In this document: positions 13,301-26,000 of the stretch, piece after piece
How positions within the stretch are numbered: the stretch's first letter is position 1
How the letters are laid out: each line of letters begins with the position of its first letter
NCBI GenBank assembly: GCA_964016885.1
Contig: OZ024741.1
Coordinates: 246,388,001-246,452,000 of the forward strand
DNA: 64,000 nt
Reading direction: 5' to 3'
From: Eledone cirrhosa
Taxonomy: Eukaryota
Notes under the pieces: generated by a model
The model's database searches: none
What the model was told of the DNA's origin: nothing
What the model saw: only the letters and a program-made list of their open reading frames with translations
Position numbers and translations under genes: made by a program

Positions 13301-16300
13301 TTTACAAATTATCTCCCCCTGATTTTTTTTACAAATCTCCCAGTGATTTTTAAAAAAAAATTATCTCCCCTTCGCTGGCTGGAAATTATCTCCCCTTGGA
13401 CGCTGGAAATTATAGCCCCTTGGAGGGCTGGAAATTATCTTCCCTTGGACGGCTGGAAATTATCTCCCCTTGATTTTTTTTACAAATTATCTCCCCCTGA
13501 TTTTTTTTTACAAATTATCTTCCCCTGATTTTTTTTTACAACTTATCTGCGCCTGATTTTTTTAAAAAAATTATCTCCCCTCGGACGGCTGGAAATTATC
13601 TCTCCTTGGACGGCTAGAATTTACCTCTCCTTGGACGGCTGAAAATTATCTCCCCTTGGACGGCTGGAAATTATCTCCCCTTGATTTTTTTTACAAATTA
13701 TCTACCCCTGATTTTTTTTACAAATTATCTCCCCCTGATTTTTTTTACAAATTATCTCCCCCTGATTTTTTTTTTACAAATTATCTCCCCCTGATTTTTT
13801 TACAAATTATCTCCCCCTGATTTTTTTTACAAATTATCTCCGCCGGATTTTTTTAAATATTATCTTCCCTTGGCTTGCGGGAAATTATCTCCCCTTGGAC
13901 GGCTGAAAATTATCTCCCCTTGGACGGCTGGAAATTATCTCCCCTTGATTTTTTTTACAAATTATCTCCCCCTGACTTTTTTTTACAAATTATCTCCCCC
14001 TGATTTTTTTTACAAATTATCTCCCCCTGATTTTTTTACAAATTATCTCCCCTTGGCTGGCTGGAAATTACCTCCCCTTGTAGGCTGGAATTTATCTCCC
14101 CTTGGACGGCTAGAAATTACCTCTACTTGGACGGCTGGAAAATATGTCTCCTTGGACGGCTGGATATTATCTCCCCTTGGACGGCTGGAAATTATCTCCC
14201 CTTGGACGGCTGGAAATTATCTCCCCTTGATTTTTTTTACAAATTATCTCCCCCTGATTTTTTTACAAATCTCCCAGTGATTTTTAAAAAAAAATTATCT
14301 TCCCTTCGCTGGCTGGAAATTATCTCCCCTTGGACGCTGGAAATTATAGCCCCTTGGAGGGCTGGAAATTATCTTCCCTTGGACGGCTGGAAATTATCTC
14401 CCCTTGATTTTTTTTACAAATTATCTCCCCCTGATTTTTTTTTACAAATTATCTCCCCCTGATTTTTTTTTACAACTTATCTGCGCCTGATTTTTTTAAA
14501 AAAACTATCTCCCCTTGGACGGCTGGAAATTATCTCCCCTTGGACGGCTGGAAATTATCTCTCCTTGGACGGCTAGAATTTACCTCTCCTTGGACGGCTG
14601 AAAATTATCTCCCCTTGGACGGCTGGAAATTATCTCCCCTTGATTTTTTTTACAAATTATCTCCCCCTGATTTTTTTTTACAAATTATCTCCCCCTGATT
14701 TTTTTTTACAAATTATCTCCCCCTGATTTTTTTTTACAAATTATCTCCCCCTGATTTTTTTTACAAATTATCTCCCCCTGATTTTTTTACAAATTATCTC
14801 CCCTTGGCTGGCTGGAAATTATCTCCCCTTGGAGGCTGGAACTTATCTCCCCTTGGACGGCTAGAAATTACCTCTCCTTGGACGGCTGAAAATTATCTCC
14901 CCTTGGACGGCTGGAAATTATCTCCCCTTGATTTTTTTACAAATTATCTCCCCCTGATTTTTTTTTACAAATTATCTCCCCCTGATTTTTTTTTACAAAT
15001 TATCTACCCCTGATTTTTTTTTACAAATTATCTCCCCCTGATTTTTTTTTACAAATTATCTACCCCTGATTTTTTTTACAAATTATCTCCCCCCGATTTT
15101 TTTTACAAATTATCTCCCCTTGATTTTTTTTTTTACAAATTATCTCCCCCTGATTTTTTTACAAATTATCTCCCCCTGATTTTTTTTACAAATTATCTCC
15201 GCCGGATTTTTTTAAATATTATCTTCCCTTGGCTGGCGGGAAATTATCTCCCCTTGGACGGCTGAAAATTATCTCCCCTTGGACGGCTGGAAATTATCTC
15301 CCCTTGATTTTTTTTACAAATTATCTCCCCCTGATTTTTTTTTACAAATTATCTCCCCCTGATTTTTTTACAAATTATCTCCCCTTGGCTGGCTGGAAAT
15401 TACCTCCCCTTGTAGGCTGGAATTTATCTCCCCTTGGACGGCTAGAAATTACCTCTCCTTGGACGGCTGGAAAATATGTCTCCTTGGACGGCTGGATATT
15501 ATCTCCCCTTGGATGGCTGGAAATTATCTCCCCTTGGACGGCTGGAAATTATCTCCCCTTGATTTTTTTTACAAATTATCTCCTCCTGATTTTTTTTACA
15601 AATCTCCCAATGATTTTTTAAAAAAAATTATCTCCCCTTCGCTGGCTGGAAATTATCTCCCCTTGGACGCTGGAAATTATAGCCCCTTGGAGGGCTGGAA
15701 ATTATCTTCCCTTGGACGGCTGGAAATTATCTCCCCTTGATTTTTTTTACAAATTATCTCCCCCTGATTTTTTTTTACAAATTATCTCCCCCTGATTTTT
15801 TTTTACAAATTATCTCCCCCTGATTTTTTATTTACAAATTATCTCCGCCTGATTTTTTTTTAAAAATTACCTCCCCTTGGACGGCTGGAAATTATCTCCC
15901 CTTGGACGGCTGGAAATTATCTCCCCTTGGACGGCTAGAAATTATCTCTCCTTGGACGGCTGAAAATTATCTCCCCTTGGACGGCTGCAAATTATCTCCC
16001 CTTGATTTTTTTTACAAATTATCTCCCCCTGATTTTTTTTACAAATTATCTCCCCCTGATTTTTTTTACAAATTATCTACCCCTGATTTTTTTTACAAAT
16101 TATCTCCCCCTGATTTTTTTTTACAAATTATCTCCCCCTGATTTTTTTTACAAATTATCTCCGCCTGATTTTTTTAAATATTATCTTCCCTTGGCTGGCG
16201 GGAAATTATCTCCCCTTGGACGGCTGGAAATTATCTGCCCTTGATTTTTTTTACAAATTATCTCCCCCTGATTTTTTTTTTACAAATTATCTCCCCCTAA

Positions 16301-19300
16301 TTTTTTTTTACAAATTATCTCCCCCTGATTTTTTTTACAAATTATCTCCCCCCTGATTTTTTTACAAATTATCTCCCCTTGGCTGGCTGGAAATTATCTC
16401 CCCTTGGAGGCTGGAACTTATCTCCCCTTGGACGGCTAGATATTACCTCCCCTTGGACGGCTGGAAATTATCTCCCCTTGGACGGCTGGAAATTATCTCC
16501 CCTTGGATGGCTAGATATTACCTCCCCTTGGACGGCTGGAAATTATCTCCCCTTGATTTTGTTTACAAATTATCTCCCCCTGATTTTTTTTTACAAATTA
16601 TCTCCCCCTGATTTTTTTTTACAAATTATCTCCCCCTGATTTTTGTTTACAAATTATCTCCGCCTGATTTTTTTTTTTAAATTATCTCCCCTTGGACGGC
16701 TGGAAATTATCTCCCCTCGGACGGCTAGAAATTACCTCTCCTTGGACGGCTGAAAATTATCTCCCCTTGGACGGCTGGAAATTATCTCCCCTTGATTTTT
16801 TTACAAATTATCTCCCCCTGATTTTTTTTTTACAAATTATCTCCCCCTGATTTTTTTTTAGAAATTATCTACCCCTGATTTGTTTTTAAAAATTATCTCC
16901 CCCTGATTTTTTTTTACAAATTATCTACCCCTGATTTTTTTTACAAATTATCTCCCCCTGATTTTTTTTACAAATTATCTCCCCCTGATTTTTTTTTTAC
17001 AAATTATCTCCCCCTGATTTTTTTACAAATTATCTCCCCCTGATCTTTTTTACAAATTATCTCCGCCGGATTTTTTTAAATATTATCTTCCCTTGGCTTG
17101 CGGGAAATTATCTCCCCTTGGACGGCTGAAAATTATCTCCCCTTGGACGGCTGGAAATTATCTCCCCTTGATTTTTTTTACAAATTATCTCCCCCTGATT
17201 TTTTTTTACAAATTATCTTCCCCTGATTTTTTTTACAAATTATCTCCCCCTGATTTTTTTTTACAAATTATCTCCCCCTGATTTTTTTTACAAATTATCT
17301 CCCCCTGATTTTTTTTACAAATTATCTCCCCCTGATTTTTTTTTACAAATTATCTCCCCCTGATTTTTTTACAAATTATCTCCCCTTGATTTTTTTTACA
17401 AATTATCTCCGCCTGATTTTTTAAAATATTATCTCCCCTTGGACGGCTGGAAATTATCTGCCCTTGATTTTCTTTTTACAAATTAACTTCCACTGATTTT
17501 TTTTACAAATTATCTCCACCTGATTTTTTTAAAAATTATCTCCCCTTGGAAGGCTGGAAATTATCTCCCCTTGGCTGGAAATTATCTCCCCTTGGACGGC
17601 TAGAAATTATCTCTCTTTGGACGGCTGGAAATTATCACCCCTTGAGTTTTTTACAAATTATCTCCCCCTGATTTTTTTTACAAATCTCCCAGTGATTTTT
17701 AAAAAAAAATTATCTTCCCTTCGCTGGCTGGAAATTATCTCCCCTTGGACGCTGGAAATTATAGCCGCTTGATTTTTTTTACAAATTATCTCCCCCTGAT
17801 TTTTTTTTACAAATTATCTCCCCCTGATTTTTTTTTAAAAATTATCTCCCCTTGGACGGCTGGAAATTATCTCCCCTTGGACGGCTGGAAATTATCTCTC
17901 CTTGGACGGCTAGAATTTACCTCTCCTTGGACGGCTGAAAATTATCTCCCCTTGGACGGCTGGAAATTATCTCCCCTTGATTTTTTTTACAAATTATCTC
18001 CCCCTGATTTTTTTTTACAAATTATCTCCCCCTGATTTTTTTTTACAAATTATCTCCCCCTGATTTTTTTTACAAATTATCTCCCCCTGATTTTTTTACA
18101 AATTATCTCCCCTTGGCTGGCTGGAAATTATCTCCCCTTGGACGGCAGGAAATTATCTCCCCTTGGATGGCTAGATATTACCTCCCCTTGGACGGCTGGA
18201 AATTATCTCCCCTTGATTTTTTTTACAAATTATCTGCCCCTGATTTTTTTTTACAAATTATCTCCCCCTGATTTTTTTTTACAAATTATCTCCCCCTGAT
18301 TTTTTTTTTAAAATTATCTCCCCTTGGACGGCTGGAAATTATCTCCCCTTGGACGGCTAGAAATTACCTCTCCTTGGACGGCTGAAAATTATCTCCCCTT
18401 GGACGGCTGGAAATTATCTCCCCTTGATTTTTTTACAAATTATTTCCCCCTGATTTTTTTTTACAAATTATCTCCCCCTGATTTTTTTTTACAAATTATC
18501 TATCCCTGATTTTTTTTTACAAATTATCTCCCCCTGATTTTTTTTTACAAATTATCTACCCCTGATTTTTTTTTACAAATTATCTCCCCCTGATTTTTTT
18601 TACAAATTATCTCCCCCTGATTTTTTTTTTTACAAATTATCTCCCCCTGATTTTTTTACAAATTATCTCCCCCTGATTTTTTTTACAAATTATCTCCGCC
18701 GGATTTTTTTAAATATTATCTTCCCTTGGCTGGCGGGAAATTATCTCCCCTTGGACGGCTGAAAATTATCTCCCCTTGGACGGCTGGAAATTATCTCCCC
18801 TTGGAAGGATGGAAATTATCTCCCCTTGCACGGCTGGAAATTATCTCCCCTTGGCTGGAAATTATCTCCCCTTGGACGGCTAGAAATTATCTCTCTTTGG
18901 ACGGCTGGAAATTATCTCCCTTTGATTTTTTTTACAAATTATCTCCCTCTGATTTTTTTTACAAATCTCCCCCTGATTTTTTTAAAAAAATTATCTCCCC
19001 TTCGCTGGCTGGAAATTATCTTCCCTTGGACGGCTGGAAATTATCTCCCCTTGATTTTTTTTACAAATTATCTCCGCCTGATTTTTTTTTAAAATTATCT
19101 CTCCTTGGACGGCTGGAAATTATCTCCCCTTGATTTTTTTTACAAATAATCTCCCCCTGATTTTTTTTTACAAATTATCTCCCCCTGATTTTTTTTTACA
19201 AATTATCTACCCCTGATTTTTTTTTACAAATTATCTCCCCCTGATTTTTTTTACAAATTATCTCCCCCTGATTTTTCTTTTACAAATTATCTCCCCCTGA

Positions 19301-20250
19301 TTTTTTTACAAATTATCTCCCCCTGATTTTTTTTACAAATTGTCTCTGCCTGATTTTTTTAAATATTATCTTCCCGTGGCTGGCGGGAAATTACCTCCCC
19401 TTGGACGGCTGGAAATTATCTGTCCTTGATTTTCTTTTTACAAATTATCTTCCACTGATTTTTTTTACAAATTATCTCCACCTGATTTTTTAAAAAATTA
19501 TCTCCCCTTGGAAGGCTGGAAATTATCTCCCCTTGGCTGGAAATTATCTCCCCTTGGACGGCTAGAAATTATCTCTCTTTGGACGGCTGGAAATTATCAC
19601 CCCTTGAGTTTTTTACAAATTATCTCCCCCTGATTTTTTTTACAAATCTCCCAGTGATTTTTAAAAAAAAATTATCTCCCCTTCGCTGGCTGGAAATTAT
19701 CTCCCCTTGGACGCTGGAAATTATAGCCCCTTGGAGGGCTGGAAATTATCTTCCCTTGGACGGCTGGAAATTATCTCCCCTTGATTTTTTTTACAAATTA
19801 TCTCCCCCTGATTTTTTTTTACAAATTATCTCCCCCTGATTTTTTTTTACAACTTATCTGCGCCTGATTTTTTTAAAAAAATTATCTCCCCTCGGACGGC
19901 TGGAAATTATCTCTCCTTGGACGGCTAGAATTTACCTCTCCTTGGACGGCTGAAAATTATCTCCCCTTGGACGGCTGGAAATTATCTCCCCTTGATTTTT
20001 TTTACAAATTATCTACCCCTGATTTTTTTTACAAATTATCTCCCCCTGATTTTTTTTACAAATTATCTCCCCCTGATTTTTTTTTTACAAATTATCTCCC
20101 CCTGATTTTTTTACAAATTATTTCCCCCTGATTTTTTTTACAAATTATCTCCGCCGGATTTTTTTAAATATTATCTTCCCTTGGCTTGCGGGAAATTATC
20201 TCCCCTTGGACGGCTGAAAATTATCTCCCCTTGGACGGCTGGAAATTATC
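7385..20250 (+). repeat. Tandem duplication of a ~6.31 kb unit (about two copies: ~7385-13695 and ~13696-20005, plus a short partial third)
   Basis: ORF landmarks recur at +6309 to +6311 (8494/14804, 8919/15229, 9592/15902, 10782/17093, 12415/18726, 13268/19579). Rare variants are shared: TATAGCCGCTTGA ~11450/17761 and TCTCCTCCTGA ~9270/15580. Confidence 0.93.
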
Positions 20251-23060
20251 TTCCCCTGATTTTTTTTACAAATTATCTCCCCCTGATTTTTTTTTACAAA
20301 TTATCTCCCCCTGATTTTTTTTACAAATTATCTCCCCCTGATTTTTTTTACAAATTATCTCCCCCTGATTTTTTTTTACAAATTATCTCCCCCTGATTTT
20401 TTTACAAATTATCTCCCCCTGATTTTTTTTACAAATTATCTCCGCCTGATTTTTTAAAATATTATCTCCCCTTGGACGGCTGGAAATTATCTGCCCTTGA
20501 TTTTCTTTTTACAAATTAACTTCCACTGATTTTTTTTACAAATTATCTCCACCTGATTTTTTTAAAAATTATCTCCCCTTGGAAGGCTGGAAATTATCTC
20601 CCCTTGGCTGGAAATTATCTCCCCTTGGACGGCTAGAAATTATCTCTCTTTGGACGGCTGGAAATTATCACCCCTTGAGTTTTTTACAAATTATCTCCCC
20701 CTGATTTTTTTTACAAATCTCCCAGTGATTTTTAAAAAAAAATTATCTTCCCTTCGCTGGCTGGAAATTATCTCCCCTTGGACGCTGGAAATTATAGCCC
20801 CTTGATTTTTTTTACAAATTATCTCCCCCTGATTTTTTTTTACAAATTATCTCCCCCTGATTTTTTTTTACAACTTATCTGCGCCTGATTTTTTTAAAAA
20901 AATTATCTCCCCTTGGACGGCTGGAAATTATCTCCACTTGGACGGCTGGAAATTATCTCTCCTTGGACGGCTAGAATTTACCTCTCCTTGGACGGCTGAA
21001 AATTATCTCCCCTTGGACGGCTGGAAATTATCTCCCCTTGATTTTTTTTACAAATTATCTCCCCCTGATTTTTATTTACAAATTATCTCCCCCTGATTTT
21101 TTTTTACAAATTATCTCCCCCTGATTTTTTTTACAAATTATCTCCCCCTGATTTTTTTACAAATTATCTCCCCTTGGCTGGCTGGAAATTATCTCCCCTT
21201 GGACGGCAGGAAATTATCTCCCCTTGGATGGCTAGATATTACCTCCCCTTGGACGGCTGGAAATTATCTCCCCTTGATTTTTTTTACAAATTATCTGCCC
21301 CTGATTTTTTTTTACAAATTATCTCCCCCTGATTTTTTTTTACAAATTATCTCCCCCTGATTTTTTTTTTAAAATTATCTCCCCTTGGACGGCTGGAAAT
21401 TATCTCCCCTTGGACGGCTAGAAATTACCTCTCCTTGGACGGCTGAAAATTATCTCCCCTTGGACGGCTGGAAATTATCTCCCCTTGATTTTTTTACAAA
21501 TTATTTCCCCCTGATTTTTTTTTACAAATTATCTCCCCCTGATTTTTTTTTACAAATTATCTACCCCTGATTTTTTTTTACAAATTATCTCCCCCTGATT
21601 TTTTTTTACAAATTATCTACCCCTGATTTTTTTTACAAATTATCTCCCCCTGATTTTTTTTACAAATTATCTCCCCCTGATTTTTTTTTTTACAAATTAT
21701 CTCCCCCTGATTTTTTTACAAATTATCTCCCCCTGATTTTTTTTACAAATTATCTCCGCCGGATTTTTTTAAATATTATCTTCCCTTGGCTGGCGGGAAA
21801 TTATCTCCCCTTGGACGGCTGAAAATTATCTCCCCTTGGACGGCTGGAAATTATCTCCCCTTGGAAGGATGGAAATTATCTCCCCTTGCACGGCTGGAAA
21901 TTATCTCCCCTTGGCTGGAAATTATCTCCCCTTGGACGGCTAGAAATTATCTCTCTTTGGACGGCTGGAAATTATCTCCCTTTGATTTTTTTTACAAATT
22001 ATCTCCCTCTGATTTTTTTTACAAATCTCCCCCTGATTTTTTTAAAAAAATTATCTCCCCTTCGCTGGCTGGAAATTATCTTCCCTTGGACGGCTGGAAA
22101 TTATCTCCCCTTGATTTTTTTTACAAATTATCTCCGCCTGATTTTTTTTAAAAATTATCTCTCCTTGGACGGCTGGAAATTATCTCCCCTTGATTTGTTT
22201 TACAAATAATCTCCCCCTGATTTTTTTTTACAAATTATCTCCCCCTGATTTTTTTTTACAAATTATCTACCCCTGATTTTTTTTTACAAATTATCTCCCC
22301 CTGATTTTTTTTACAAATTATCTCCCCCTGATTTTTCTTTTACAAATTATCTCCCCCTGATTTTTTTACAAATTATCTCCCCCTGATTTTTTTTACAAAT
22401 TGTCTCTGCCTGATTTTTTTAAATATTATCTTCCCGTGGCTGGCGGGAAATTACCTCCCCTTGGACGGCTGGAAATTATCTGTCCTTGATTTTCTTTTTA
22501 CAAATTATCTTCCACTGATTTTTTTTACAAATTATCTCCACCTGATTTTTTAAAAAATTATCTCCCCTTGGAAGGCTGGAAATTATCTCCCCTTGGCTGG
22601 AAATTATCTCCCCTTGGACGGCTAGAAATTATCTCTCTTTGGACGGCTGGAAATTATCACCCCTTGAGTTTTTTACAAATTATCTCCCCCTGATTTTTTT
22701 TACAAATCTCCCAGTGATTTTTAAAAAAAAATTATCTCCCCTTCGCTGGCTGGAAATTATCTCCCCTTGGACGCTGGAAATTATAGCCCCTTGGAGGGCT
22801 GGAAATTATCTTCCCTTGGACGGCTGGAAATTATCTCCCCTTGATTTTTTTTACAAATTATCTCCCCCTGATTTTTTTTTACAAATTATCTCCCCCTGAT
22901 TTTTTTTTACAACTTATCTGCGCCTGATTTTTTAAAAAAAATTATCTCCCCTCGGACGGCTGGAAATTATCTCTCCTTGGACGGCTAGAATTTACCTCTC
23001 CTTGGACGGCTGAAAATTATCTCCCCTTGGACGGCTGGAAATTATCTCCCCTTGATTTTT
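17050..23060 (+). repeat. Tandem duplication of a ~3.06-3.09 kb unit
   Basis: Landmark offsets 17093/20181 (+3088), 18324/21385 (+3061), 18726/21786 (+3060), 19579/22639 (+3060). Confidence 0.85.
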
Positions 23061-26000
23061 TTTACAAATTATCTCCCCCTGATTTTTGTTTACAAATTAT
23101 CTCCGCCTGATTTTTTTTTAAAAATTATCTCCCCTTGGACGGCTGGAAATTATCTCCCCTTGGCCGGCTGGAAATTATATCTCCTTGGACGGCTAGAATT
23201 TACCTCTCCTTGGACGGCTGAAAATTATCTCCCCTTGGACGGCTGGAAATTATCTCCCCTTGATTTTTTTTACAAATTATCTCCCCCTGATTTTTTTTTA
23301 CAAATTATCTCCCCCTGATTTTTTTTTTACAAATTATCTCCCCCTGATTTTTTTTTACAAATTATCTCCCCCTGATTTTTTTACAAATTATCTCCCCTTG
23401 GCTGGCTGGAAATTATCTCCCCTTGGAGGCTGGAACTTATCTCCCCTTGGACGGCTAGAAATTACCTCTCCTTGGACGGCTGGAAAATATGTCTCCTTGG
23501 ACGGCTGGATATTATCTCCCCTTGGACGGCTGGAAATTATCTCCCCTTGGACGGCTGGAAATTATCTCCCCTTGGATGGCTAGATATTACCTCCCCTTGG
23601 ACGGCTGGAAATTATCTCCCCTTGATTTTTTTTACAAATTATCTCCCCCTGATTTTTTTTTACAAATTATCTCCCCCTGATTTTTTTTTACAAATTATCT
23701 CCCCCTGATTTTTGTTTACAAATTATCTCCGCCTGATTTTTTTTTTAAAATTATCTCCCCTTGGACGGCTGGAAATTATCTCCCCTTGGACGGCTAGAAA
23801 TTACCTCTCCTTGGACGGCTGAAAATTATCTCCCCTTGGACGGCTGGAAATTATCTCCCCTTGATTTTTTTACAAATTATCTCCCCCTGATTTTTTTTTT
23901 ACAAATTATCTCCCCCTGATTTTTTTTTTACAAATTATCTCCCCCTAATTTTTTTTTACAAATTATCTCCCCCTGATTTTTTTTACAAATTATCTCCCCC
24001 CTGACTTTTTTACAAATTATCTCCCCTTGGCTGGCTGGAAATTATCTCCCCTTGGAGGCTGGAACTTATCTCCCCTTGGACGGCTAGAAATTACCTCTCC
24101 TTGGACGGCTGGAAAATATGTCTCCTTGGACGGCTGGATATTATCTCCCCTTGGACGGCTGGAAATTATCTCCCCTTGGACGGCTGGAAATTATCTCCCC
24201 TTGGATGGCTAGATATTACCTCCCCTTGGACGGCTGGAAATTATCTCCCCTTGATTTTTTTTACAAATTATCTCCCCCTAATTTTTTTTTACAAATTATC
24301 TCCCCCTGATTTTTTTAAAAAAATTATCTCCCCCTGATTTTTGTTTACAAATTATCTCCGCCTGATTTTTTTTAAAAAATTATCTCCCCTTGGACGGCTG
24401 GAAATTATCTCCCCTTGGACGGCTGGAAATTATATCTCCTTGGACGGCTAGAATTTACCTCTCCTTGGACGGCTGAAAATTATCTCCCCTTGGACGGCTG
24501 GAAATTATCTCCCCTTGATTTTTTTACAAATTATCTCCCCCTGATTTTTTTTTACAAATTATCTCCCTCTGATTTTTTTTTACAAATTATCTCCCCCTGA
24601 TTTTTTTTTACAAATTATCTCCCCCTGATTTTTTTACAAATTATCTCACCTTGGCTGGCTGGAAATTATCTCCCCTTGGAGGCTGGAACTTATCTCCCCT
24701 TGGACGGCTAGAAATTACCTCTCCTTGGACGGCTGGAAAATATGTCTCCTTGGACGGCTGGATATTATCTCCCCTTGGACGGCTGGAAATTATCTCCCCT
24801 TGGACGGCTGGAAATTATCTCCCCTTGGATGGCTAGATATTACCTCCCCTTGGACGGCTGGAAATTATCTCCCCTTGATTTTGTTTACAAATTATCTCCC
24901 CCTGATTTTTTTTTACAAATTATCTCCCCCTGATTTTTTTTTAGAAATTATCTCCCCCTGATTTTTGTTTACAAATTATCTCCGCCTGATTTTTTTTTTA
25001 AAATTATCTCCCCTTGGACGGCTGGAAATTATCTCCCCTCGGACGGCTAGAAATTACCTCTCCTTGGACGGCTGAAAATGATCTCCCCTTGGACGGCTGG
25101 AAATTATCTCCCCTTGATTTTTTTACAAATTATCTCCCCCTGATTTTTTTTTACAAATTATCTCCCCCTGATTTTTTTTTAGAAATTATCTACCCCTGAT
25201 TTTTTTTTACAAATTATCTCCCCCTGATTTTTTTTTACAAATTATCTACCCCTGATTTTTTTTACAAATTATCTCCCCCTGATTTTTTTTACAAATTATC
25301 TCCCCCTGATTTTTTTTTTACAAATTATCTCCCCCTGATTTTTTTACAAATTATCTCCCCCTGATTTTTTTTACAAATTATCTCCGCCGGATTTTTTTAA
25401 ATATTATCTTCCCTTGGCTTGCGGGAAATTATCTCCCCTTGGACGGCTGAAAATTATCTCCCCTTGGACGGCTGGAAATTATCTCCCCTTGATTTTTTTT
25501 ACAAATTATCTCCCCCTGATTTTTTTTTACAAATTATCTCCCCCTGATTTTTTTTACAAATTATCTCCCCCTGATTTTTTTTTACAAATTATCTCCCCCT
25601 GATTTTTTTTACAAATTATCTCCCCCTGATTTTTTTTACAAATTATCTCCCCCTGATTTTTTTTTACAAATTATCTCCCCCTGATTTTTTTACAAATTAT
25701 CTCCCCCTGATTTTTTTTACAAATTATCTCCGCCTGATTTTTTAAAATATTATCTCCCCTTGGACGGCTGGAAATTATCTGCCCTTGATTTTCTTTTTAC
25801 AAATTAACTTCCACTGATTTTTTTTACAAATTATCTCCACCTGATTTTTTTAAAAATTATCTCCCCTTGGAAGTCTGGAAATTATCTCCCCTTGGCTGGA
25901 AATTATCTCCCCTTGGACGGCTAGAAATTATCTCTCTTTGGACGGCTGGAAATTATCACCCCTTGAGTTTTTTACAAATTATCTCCCCCTGATTTTTTTT

